From contig NIVC01002419.1 in assembly GCA_002269645.1 (NCBI GenBank), positions 43,718 to 91,239 of the forward strand: a DNA stretch of 47,522 nt. Direction: 5' to 3'. Positions 1-10,623 of this stretch are shown here, one piece after another. Made by a program: the position numbers and the translations under genes. A model generated the notes under the pieces. The model was not told where the DNA came from. It saw nothing but the letters and a program-made list of their open reading frames with translations, and ran no database searches. This DNA is from Macrostomum lignano (lineage: Eukaryota). The first letter of the stretch is position 1. Every line of letters starts with the position of its first letter.

Positions 1-882
1 ACACTAGGACAATAAGACACATAGACAGACACACACTAGGACAATAAGACACATAGACAGACACACTAGGACAATAAGACACATAGACAGACACACACTA
101 GGACAATAAGACACATAGACAGACACACACTAGGACAATAAGACACATAGACAGACACACACTAGGACAATAAGACACAGACAGACACACACTAGGACAA
201 TAAGACACATAGACAGACACACACTAGGACAATGAGACACATAGACAGACGCACACTAGGACAATAAGACACATAGACAGACACACACTAGGACAATAAG
301 ACACATAGACAGACACACACTAGGACAATAAGACACATAGACAGACACACACTAGGACAATAAGACACATAGACAGACACACACTAGGACAATGAGACAC
401 ATAGACAGACACACACTAGGACAATAAGACACATAGACAGACACACACTAGGACAATAAGACACATAGACAGACACACACTAGGACAATAAGACACATAG
501 ACAGACGCACACTAGGACAATAAGACACATAGACAGACGCACACTAGGACAATAAGACACATAGACAGACACACACTAGGACAATAAGACACATAGACAG
601 ACACACACTAGGACAATAAGACACATAGACAGACACACACTAGGACAATAAGACACATAGACAGACACACACTAGGACAATAAGACACATAGACAGACAC
701 ACACTAGGACAATAAGACACAGACAGACACACACTAGGACAATAAGACACATAGAAAGACACACACTAGGACAATGAGACACATAGACAGACACACACTA
801 GGACAATAAGACACATAGACAGACACACACTAGGACAATAAGACACATAGACAGACACATACTAGGACAATAAGACACAGAC
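1..882 (+). repeat. 32-bp minisatellite (TRP intron)
   Basis: ACACTAGGACAATAAGACACATAGACAGACAC x ~27. Confidence 0.97.
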
Positions 883-943
883 GCAAAGCTGGCAGGGAAA
901 GTCCAACAGCCCAATCAAACTCGAACCGCGCCGCAGACCGCAG

Positions 944-3900
944 CGAGACCGCCGCTCTCCTGCTGGAACACAACTGCGACGCGTTTGTCCAGGACAAAAC
1001 CGGCCAGATTGCTTTCGTGCCGCTGATCAAGAAGATGCCGCCCCTGGTAAGAGACGAGGCTTCAAATTTTAATTCTTAGAATGTCTCAACTCGATGTGAA
1101 CAAGTTCGCTTAGACCTACCGCGCCCTCAACCTTCAATCGCAATGCAAGGCCGAAACCGCTCTGGCGCAGTTGAACAAAACCTATCGCATCGAGCGCAAG
1201 CAGAAGCTGGACCTGTTCAGACTCGACCCCAGGCAGGTGGAGTCCACCGGGGCTGACGAAGGTGTCGACACCAAAGGAAAGCAGGAGGTTGTGCGGGTCG
1301 CCTACCACTCTGCTGTGAGTGAATCTATAAGCTGCGAAAGAACACGCTTAATACACTACTGTTTCGGTAGAGTAGAAAGTATCGGATTTCAATTGGGGTT
1401 TTTTAAAATACATTTTTGCGACTTTTTCATCAGAGGCACGAGGGCGCGTGCATCCTGGCGCACTTTAAGCGACATTGTCACACAACCGGCGAGAGGCATT
1501 GCTGCCCATTCCGCCGACTCCCCTGAGCAGGCACACAAGCGCGCAGGCACACACACAGGAGTGTACAGCGGCCCTAACTTTATTTATCGTTAGGCATGTA
1601 CACTTCACTGTGCCTTGGGGGGTTGGCTCTCAAGGCCGTTAATTGCACGAGCAGAGCCAACAATATCAATAGAGCTATAAGAAAGGCAGGACATATCAAA
1701 AGATGAACACTGGGTCATCCTATCTCCGAGAAACCTCCTACTTCTGTAATGTATTTTTTTCGGTAAAACCTTTTAAAATTTTCCAAGAAAATTCCGTTTT
1801 CGTCCGTCTACTTGAGCAGGATGTTGCATGAAAATTTATTACTAGAAAACTGACTTCTTGAACAATCTGTATGCAACTTGAGCTGCATACTGAACCAGCA
1901 TTGAACCCAACCAATCAACCCATTGCAGAGCCATTGTGTGGTAAACTTAAAGACACATTTCAATTTTTCCTCTTAAGTGTACTTTAATTTGAAATTGAAT
2001 TTTATATTGTTTCTCTGGCTTGGAAAGACCTGAATAATGGAAGCAGGAAATACACAAATTTTTTTTTCACTTTCAGTTAAAAGCCATCATAGAGACAAAC
2101 AACTATCAAATGATTGACTCCACAGTGATCAGTGCCATGCTTGGGGTGCAGTGGACGCAGTTCGGAAGGTCTGAGGCTGCTTGCAAGCCGTTAATACAAA
2201 AATGGTTGAATCATAAAATCTAACAAAATCTCTTAATCTTGGAAAATGGTTTTCACATTTGCTTTGTAATCATGATAGACATTTCTTATATTTTTGCTTG
2301 AACGAATGCATAAGCCTTAACGCTATTGGTTTCCGTTTGCAAATATCGATGCGTTCGTTTTGTTTGTAACAGTTTTTGCAAACAATTTAACTTGTTTTTT
2401 AACCTGTTTAACACGCTACCACTGCTTTGCTAATGCTTTCATTGGTTTTTAGACGGATGGCCCACAACCCAGTACCCAGTCCTTGAAGCGGATGGCCCAA
2501 CCCAGTTACATGTATACACAGTCCTTGAGTTTGGTGGCCCAACCCAGTACACAGACCTTACAACCAGTACACAGCTTGAAGCGGGTGGCCCAACCCAGTA
2601 CACAGACCTTGAAGCGGGTGGCCCAACCCAGTACACAGACCTTGAAGCGGGTGGCCCAACCCAGTACACAGACCTTGAGACGAATGGCCCAACCCAATAC
2701 GCAGTGTCTTGCCACCGTATGCGTGGCTTCGACTGTGCTTGACTGATAAACTTTTCAAATCTGAAATCATATTAAAAAAATACAATTCTTACCTTTAGAA
2801 TCCGAGCCATTGGCCAGATTATTCTCCAACTGATCAACATCATACTCTGGACCATATTCGCCGTGGACAAAGAGTGGACTCAGCGGCATGAATACGACTT
2901 TCCTCGGGAAGGATATCGAGTGGCCGTCCTGGTGTGTCATGCAGTTTAAACCTTTGATTGTTAATAAATTCCTCATTAAATTCTATTACTTTGACATCTT
3001 TCCAGATTGGAGCCATTGGAATTACGGCCTATCTGATCATCGAAGAGATCATGGAAATCGTTCGGTCTCGTCGGCGCCACGAGGTGATTCATTCAAGCCT
3101 TATATAGGAATACTTTATGAAGTGAGGTGGCTGTCTGCTGGGAGTGAGGTGGCTGCCTGCTGGGAGTGAGGTGGCTGACTGCGGCTGCCTGCTGGAGTGA
3201 GGTGGCTGCCTGCTGGGAGTGAGGTGGCTGCCTGTTGGGAGTGAGGTGGCTGCCTGTTGGGAGTGAGGTGGCTGCCTGCTGGGAGTGAGGTGGCTGCCTG
3301 CTGGGAGTGAGGTGGCTGCCTGCTGGGAGTGAGGTGGCTGCCTGCTGGGAGTGAGGTGGCTGCCTGCTAGGAGTGTAGTGCTTGCTACCGTGTCACGCAC
3401 TTTCAGGCCTGGAAAACGTGGAAATTGAAGCTGATCGAAGAGGATTTGGAGTTGGTTCATCCGAGCCACGATGACGAGAGCAAATACCTGCGCAAAGAGG
3501 TTGAGGAAATCAAGAAGTCGCAGATTTCCTACTTTGACGATTGGTGGAACTACCTGGACTGGGCCTGCTACATCATCCTGCTGGCCTCGCTGATCTCGCA
3601 CTTCGCTGAAGTTGGCTGGCCAGGCGGCGAAGGGAATCTCGTGTTGGCCCGCTGGCACGTCCGGATCATGGCGCTCAACATTGTTGTACTGTGGATCCGG
3701 CTGCTGAAGTACGTGAAACCGTTCGAGTTTTTCGGCCCGTTTATTGTGATGCTGGGCATGATTCTGGGCGATTTGGCCAAGTTTTTCCTGCTCTACCTTG
3801 AGTTCTTCATTCCGTTCAGTGAGTGAATTCTCAGTTTTTGATCATTTGCTTTCGCGGAGAGTTCGTGCTTTCTTAAATATGAGATATCAGTGGCGCTCGT

Positions 3901-6900
3901 CCGTGTAAATTTACCGAAGTGGGAGTTTCTGTATGCTTGAAGAATGAATGAATGAAGTGGCGGCGTAGCCTAGTGGTTCGACCGTTATGGGCGTCAGACT
4001 CACGACTTGAAGGTCGGGGGTTCGATTCCCGATCCCGCTGGAACAATTTGTGCCCTTGAGCAATGTACTTAACTCTGCATTGCTTCAGTTCACCCAGCTG
4101 TAAAACAAGGACCACTGAAGTCAATTCTTCTTCTTCTTAAGTAGTCCTTGCTGTTAATGGGTGCCAGCATTAGCTGGGGTAATTGAGAGGGTGTGCAGCG
4201 ACCCCCAGTCCTTGGACTGAACAATAGCTGCGGCTGAGCTGTCGGTTGCATACTGTATCTGGCCCAATTGGAGCATAAGAATGAATGAGGGTTTGCCTGG
4301 GCTGTGATTCGTGCAATGAGATCATGTAGTCCTGCAGTCCGATGTCCTTTCAGAACTTTAAAAGATGTTTAACAGTGTTCTTTATAGAGTGATTGCTGTT
4401 GACTAACAGACCAACTCGAATAACTCGCCCCTGCAGCCTGCATATTCTGGACCATACTTGGCGGTGATAAGAACCTCCGAGAGGCAGACATTTTGACATC
4501 CAAGACGCTGAAAAACTACAGCATGCACAATTTCACCCGGGTCACCGTGGAGAACATGGAAACATTCTACAGCACCGCGTTCTCGATGTTCCGCCTGACT
4601 CTCGTTGATGAATATCAATACGACGTGAGCATTATATATATACTAGTGGGGTTTTAGCCTAGTGGTCTGACTCACAACTTCAGATTGAGCAAGGACATTT
4701 AACTCTGCATTGCTTCAATTCACCAAGCTGTAAAATTGGTGCCAGCATTAGCTGGGGTAATTGAGGCTGTGTGTGGCGACCCCCAGTCCTTGGACTGAGC
4801 AGCCTTCAGATGCGCCGGGCAATAGCTGCGGCTGAGCTGTCGGATGCACAACCAACTACTCATTAGGGAAGGTGTAATCAATTAGTATTATTTTAGGAGA
4901 GCAAATCACTCACGTTCCTGCCTGCTGCTCTGAGTCAATGAGGGGGCCTGTCTCTTTCGAGAGACTGAGAAAGATATGAGTCTCTGGAACGGATATTATG
5001 CAAATTCCCATAGATTAAAACACGATCAATCCGGGAGAAAGGGAGGCTTAGTGAGGTTCTAAACGCAAACCAATCATCTATTACAGTATTCAACCTCAGC
5101 AGATTAAATCTATGAAACAATAAATCTTGCAGCAAATGGCGGACATCGACCCGATCACGTCTCAAATCATACTCAATGAGGGGGCCTGTCTCTTTCGAGA
5201 GACTGAGAAAGATATGAGTCTCTGGAACGGATATTATGCAAATTCCCATAGATTAAAACACGATCAATCCGGGAGAAAGGGAGGCTTAGTGAGGTTCTAA
5301 ACGCAAACCAATCATCTATTACAGTATTCAACCTCAGCGGATTAAATCTATGAAACAATAAATCTTGCAGCAAATGGCGGACATCGACCCGATCACGTCT
5401 CAAATCATACTCGGCTGCTGGTTCGCCATCTCGGCCATTCTGTTTCTCAACCTGTTCATTGCTCAATTGTCGGAGACGTTCAAGTCGTAAGTTGACATTT
5501 TCAAATATATGTACTATCATCACACTGACTTCTGATTTCACTTATCTTCGGCCAAAACAGCGTATTCGACAATGCCAAACCGGCTGCCGCCATGCAGAAG
5601 GCGATCACTCTGCTCAACTGCTACGAATCAATGCGCATGTCTCAACGGGTGAAGTTTCACAAATATTTGAAAGAGGAATGCAACCCGCTCAAGCTGCATT
5701 ACGATGACGACGTGACAATGAGCAGCTCTGTCGAGGAGCAGCAGAAGGCGACTCTGGAGATTCGGGTGAGTCACTGCTTGATTTGTCAAGTCTGACAGTT
5801 TTACACTCGCGTCAAGTCTCTATAGAAACTGGGATCATTGCGAAGAGAACTCAGCACGCCTATTTTCATTCTCCAAAGTTCAAGTTGATTCAGAAAATCA
5901 TGTTTTCCTAGAAGCAATAGCATTGACTCAAACCGAGCTCTCTCAGGCATTGCTATGAGCGAATTACATTGCCGTTTCTGTCACTTCTCATAATGGGGGC
6001 AGCGTTTTTATCAGGATACTGAGTAGGCTCGCAGTTGCAACGAAGTACAAAAAGCCTTTCTCAAAACCGCAGGATATGGTCAAAAAGATTCAAAAAAGAG
6101 TCACTCGCCTGTACGAAAAAGAGATTGAGCAGTCCGACTCGGACGAGAACGACCTTGTCGTCGACGAGAGCGAAGCCAGGCGACAGCAGAGGAAACGCAA
6201 AACAAAGACTCGTCAGATGGCGGAGGTAAGGGGTTTGAGCGCACTTTTATTATAAGTGTCTTGCCAGTACTCGTAAAAATCAAAAGTTAATGGATTTAAA
6301 CTGATAAGACGTGTACATAAATTCAATTTTTTTTGCACCTGCCCTTATTCGGCAGATTTGCAGCCGACAGCTCAGCCCCAGCTATTGGACTACTCAGTCC
6401 AAGGACTGGGGGGTCACCACACACACCCTCAATTGCCCCAGCTAATGCTGGCACCCATTTTACAGCTGGGTGATCTGAAGCAATTCAGACTTAAGTGTCT
6501 TGCTCAAGGACACAAATTGTTCCTCATGGATCGAGAATCTAACCCCTAACCTTTCAGTCGTGAGTCCGACGCTCTGACCACTAGGCTACAACCCCCTACG
6601 AATTCAAAACTGAATAGCTAAACTACGAGTAACTATGCTCATGATGTCGATACTTTGATACTGGATACTTACTTATCCAAGCCTACAGACCTTTGGAATC
6701 ACGGAGGTCCTTTTTAAGTAGATGAAGTTTTGGTGGTATCCATTGAAGATATTAGCTGAGCTTGACCCACAGTTTGGCTGTTGAGCCACAACTACATTCA
6801 GTATTGCTCAATCAAATTTTCCGCTCGCTGCAGAAAGCTGCGCTGAGAATGCAGGCTCGGCTTGAGGAACTGGAATCCAGCACCCGATCCGAGCTGCTCG

Positions 6901-7193
6901 GCATCCACCGCATGCTCCAGGACATCGCCATCGTGGTCGCCGGCTTGACCAGAGACGACAGCAACGTCTCCGCGGCTTCGGGTCCGTCGAGGCCGCCCCC
7001 GCCGGCGTCTAACCGGGACTTCTCCGAGCAGCAACAACAACACGACGACGAATTCGAAGGTGCAAACAATGAGGGCTCCGTCACTTTTGTAGGCCCCAGA
7101 CGGCCGGGCCAATCTGGCAGAAGCGGAGGCGGCGGAAGCATAACGGAGGTCGAGCCGGCGGCGCCGCACTTTCAGCGCAACGATTTCAGCTGA
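944..7193 (+). CDS. Ankyrin-repeat TRP cation channel, divergent TRPV-like (5' end outside window)
   Basis: Phase-consistent GT-AG exons: 944-1046, 1150-1314, 2077-2168, 2799-2931, 3006-3083, 3407-3818, 4437-4624, 5371-5486, 5561-5765, 6073-6225, 6834-7193 (stop TGA); ~667 aa in window. Motifs: ankyrin tail ETAALLLEHNCDAFVQDKTGQ; pre-S1 SAMLGVQWTQFG; S3 YFDDWWNYLDW; S4-S5 LWIRLLKYVKPFEFFGPFIVMLGMILGDLAKF; pore FSMFRLTLVDEY; S6/TRP-box-like LFLNLFIAQLSETF...MQKAITLL. Start of the first exon is approximate. Confidence 0.9.
2452..2700 (+). repeat. 33-bp degenerate minisatellite (TRP intron)
   Basis: CTTGAAGCGGGTGGCCCAACCCAGTACACAGAC units. Confidence 0.9.
3121..3371 (+). repeat. 22-bp minisatellite (TRP intron)
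   Basis: GTGAGGTGGCTGCCTGCTGGGA x ~11. Confidence 0.95.
3959..4288 (+). mobile_element. tRNA-derived SINE with CORE-like central domain (copy 1)
   Basis: A box GGCGTAGCCTAGTGG, B box GGTTCGATTCCC, then TGTGCCCTTGAGCAA..ACTTAAC..CAGCTGTAAAA/ATGGG (MIR-CORE-like). 12-bp direct repeat AAGAATGAATGA at 3940-3951 and 4277-4288. Confidence 0.75.
4648..4848 (+). mobile_element. Same SINE family, internally deleted copy 2
   Basis: Shares TAGCCTAGTGG, ACTCTGCATTGCTTCA, GGTGCCAGCATTAGCTGGGGTAATTGAG, GACCCCCAGTCCTTGGACTGA and AATAGCTGCGGCTGAGCTGTCGG with copy 1. Confidence 0.75.
4935..5412 (+). repeat. 238-bp tandem duplication (2 copies) spanning an intron end and the start of a TRP exon
   Basis: 4935-5174 and 5173-5412 differ by one visible substitution (CAGCAGATT/CAGCGGATT); 2-nt TC microhomology at the junction. 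Confidence 0.95.
6358..6595 (-). mobile_element. Same SINE family, copy 3 (minus strand)
   Basis: Reverse complement carries GTAGCCTAGTGG, a B-box-like segment and the same body blocks as copies 1-2. Confidence 0.75.
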
Positions 7194-8084
7194 GCGCACA
7201 GCTTCATGAGTTTTCTGATTGACTTGTTTTCTGGAGGAGACCAACATGTACTTTTTGTTTAGATATTTCCGCCAGTCTGCTACAGTGTATACAGAGAGCA
7301 GCTGTCAAATTTTACTCAAGTTTTACTCAAGGAATTGTTTGCTTGTTTGTGACAGTATTTATTCCCCCCACTGTGCTCATACTTGTACTTCTTAGGCTTC
7401 CTTTCGATCAAACAGAGATTCTTTTGAGTTGCAGCAATGCAATGGACGCTTATCCTTACTCTTTGATCAGGCCGTCATATTATCAGCGGTATTCTGTATG
7501 CCAGCAGATTGACAGATTCAAATTTACAGGCCAAGTAATATGCTGTACAGTACCTTTCCAATTAAAAAACTTATTAAAACTTTTCCACCACTAATATGAG
7601 TGCTTAACTTTTAACAAAAATAAAGTTACTATACCAGTTCTTTTCACTTTTTGTAGACCTCTGACTATTTGAGATTGGTACTTCCGCGTATATAAAACTT
7701 TCGTGTCTTCTTTTTTCATGTAGAAAATACATGAATGTACTTAACATGATTTTTTTCTTTTACAGGGTCCTGACTATACTTTGACCTCCTCCCAGGATGG
7801 GTCCCCTTTGAATTTGAGAACTATTGAGATTGGGCAGACTGCTCTCATTTCAATGCCGGAGTGAGCACGCAGCTGCCGCACTTCCCCATTCTGGGACCGT
7901 GTTCGCAAGTTATCGAGGGCACCTTTCAAAAGCCATAAATATTTTTAGAGGCTTCAGCTTTCCTATGCCCCCACTGATGCGTGTGACTGCATGGTTTTTG
8001 GATTTTATAGTACTTGCACATTTAACTGAGCGCATGAAATTACGGTGTACTTATACAGCCCCGATGCAGGCTAACCGTCCAATT

Positions 8085-8266
8085 CATTCACCAATGAGAC
8101 TCCCAGCAACGGAAGCCCAGGCTCGCCCAAGCAAACTATGCCCAATGTGCTCTTTGAAACCTGACGTTCCAGCTAAGAAGACAGTATATTTTGCTGCAGC
8201 CAATGTCCCGGACATCCTGGTCTCTGTCCAGATCCATGCTTCAGGATCTGGACAGAGACACATTGA
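8085..8266 (+). pseudogene. piggyBac (PGBD4-like) transposase C-terminal Cys-rich domain relic
   Basis: HSPMRLPATEAQARPSKLCPMCSLKPDVPAKKTVYF, frameshift at ~8192, then CSQCPGHPGLCPDPCFRIW; matches the CxxC..CxxC..LC..PCF..W(H) piggyBac domain. Confidence 0.65.
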
Positions 8267-8360
8267 GCTCCCACACGAGCGGTCCTGAATTGGCGTCTCC
8301 TAACTTGAAACCTGTTACACTTTTCTTTTCATGTCCTTGTTTTCTTTGGAACCATGCAGT

Positions 8361-10050
8361 CAAAGGGGATGTCAACTTAAGCACCAGAATGGAGCCCGAA
8401 GTTCAGCTCCGGCCCAAACCGACTGCAATCGATAACTTGTCGGCCCAGACGACTAGAATCGCCGAGACATCCCATCCGGCTCCCTTCCTTGGGGTCCCAG
8501 GGGATAAAGGGGATAAAATGGGATCTCATGTCAACTTAAGGCTCTGGAATGGAGCCCGAAGTTCAGCTCCGGCCCAAACCGACTGCAATCGATAACTTGT
8601 CGGCCCAGACGACTAGAATCGCCGAGACATCCCATCCGGCTCCCTTCCTTGGGGTCCCAGGGGATAAAGGGGATAAAATGGGGATCTCATGTCAACTTAA
8701 GGCTCTGGAATGGAGCCCGAAGTTCAGCTCCGGCCCAAACCGACTGCAATCGATAACTTGTCGGCCCAGACGACTAGAATCGCCGAGACATCCCATCCGG
8801 CTCCCTTCCTTGGGGTCCCAGGGGATAAAGGGGATAAAATGGGGATCTCATGTCAACTTAAGGCTCTGGAATGGAGCCCGAAGTTCAGCTCCGGCCCAAA
8901 CCGACTGCAATCGATAACTTGTCGGCCCAGACGACTAGAATCGCCGAGACATCCCATCCGGCTCCCTTCCTTGGGGTCCCAGGGGATAAAGGGGATAAAA
9001 TGGGGATCTCATGTCAACTTAAGGCTCTGGAATGGAGCCCGAAGTTCAGCTCCGGCCCAAACCGACTGCAATCGATAACTTGTCGGCCCAGACGACTAGA
9101 ATCGCCGAGACATCCCATCCGGCTCCCTTCCTTGGGGTCCCAGGGGATAAAGGGGATAAAATGGGGATCTCATGTCAACTTAAGGCTCTGGAATGGAGCC
9201 CGAAGTTCAGCTCCGGCCCAAACCGACTGCAATCGATAACTTGTCGGCCCAGACGACTAGAATCGCCGAGACATCCCATCCGGCTCCCTTCCTTGGGGTC
9301 CCAGGGATAAAGGGGATAAAATGGGATCTCATGTCAACTTAAGCCAGAATGGAGCCCGAAGTTCAGCTCCGGACCAAACCGACTGCAATCGATAACTTGT
9401 CGGCCCAGACGACTAGAATCGCCGAGACATCCCATCCGGCTCCCTTCCTTGGGGTCCCAGGGGATAAAGGGGATAAAATGGGGATCTCATGTCAACTTAA
9501 GGCTCTGGAATGGAGCCCGAAGTTCAGCTCCGGCCCAAACGACTGCAATCGATAACTTGTCGGCCCAGACGACTAGAATCGCCGAGACATCCCATCCGGC
9601 TCCCTTCCTTGGGGTCCCAGGGGATAAAGGGGATAAAATGGGGATCTCATGTCAACTTAAGGCTCTGGAATGGAGCCCGAAGTTCAGCTCCGGCCCAAAC
9701 CGACTGCAATCGATAACTTGTCGGCCCAGACGACTAGAATCGCCGAGACATCCCATCCGGCTCCCTTCCTTGGGTCCCAGGGGATAAAGGGATAAAATGG
9801 GATCTCATGTCAACTTAAGCACCAGAATGGAGCCCGAAGTTCAGCTCCGGACCAAACCGACTGCAATCGATAACTTGTCGGCCCAGACGACTAGAATCGC
9901 CGAGACATCCCATCCGGCTCCCTTCCTTGGGGTCCCAGGGGATAAAGGGATAAAATGGGGATCTCATGTCAACTTAAGGCTCTGGAATGGAGCCCGAAGT
10001 TCAGCTCCGGCCCAAACCGACTGCAATCGATAACTTGTCGGCCCAGACGA
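8361..10050 (+). repeat. 161-bp satellite array, left arm (~10.5 units)
   Basis: Identical ORF starts recur at 8549, 8710, 8871 and 9032 (period 161); unit GTCAACTTAAGGCTCTGGAATGGAGCCCGAAG...GGGGATCTCAT. Confidence 0.97.
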
Positions 10051-10051
10051 T

Positions 10052-10600
10052 TATTACATTCAAAACATTCGTGTCAAGGAGGTTCTCGATAGCTACGAAG
10101 GTGACTCCTGGAGAGACTTTGAGTTACACATCCAAGCCGCCGGGAGTGTTGGAAGTTGGAGTGAAGCAAGCGACGCCGCTAGAAAACTGGAGCAACCGAT
10201 TCGGTCGGTGGCATCCGTCTTGATTTTTCTTGATTTGATTCTGTCGTTTTCTCGCGCCATAATTCAAAATCCTACCGCGTGATTCTTAGAGTGTGTGACA
10301 GCAGCAGACAATCGCTTTGGTTTTAGAGATCCAGGATTGCAACTTCTTCCTGGCTTCTACTCGTCAGCAAAAGCAGGAAGTAGGACTGCAGGCTGCGATT
10401 GTCATGTACGAGCGTAATGGCAGTGCTCAAACTCCTGGGCTGCTACGCTTACCACCAAGATACATATGTAGCTATCGAAGGTCTGGTGCCGGCCTTCGCT
10501 TTGTTGATTTCGCTCTTCCACGCAGCCTTGTTGCCAGAATTTATGCTAGAGAAAACGCTTTACCACAGCAGCGAAAGCCTACTGAGCAACAGTTTAGGGG
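10052..10600 (+). pseudogene. Degenerate Ty3/Gypsy gag-like fragment in the foldback loop
   Basis: Frame from 10055: LDSYEGDSWRDFELHIQAAGSVGSWSE fits the gag pattern DxYxGxSWxDF/YxxHxxAxxxxxxWS/T; later frames give STRQQKQE and LKLLGCYAY (RxQ...LxxLAY-like). Broken by stops and frameshifts; pattern recall only. Confidence 0.5.
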
Positions 10601-10623
10601 CCAGCGAGAGGAGTTTCAGTCAG

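Noticed and set aside
3959-4040. tRNA gene
   Set aside because: A/B boxes continue into a body shared with two other copies; it is a SINE head and no clean cloverleaf is evident.
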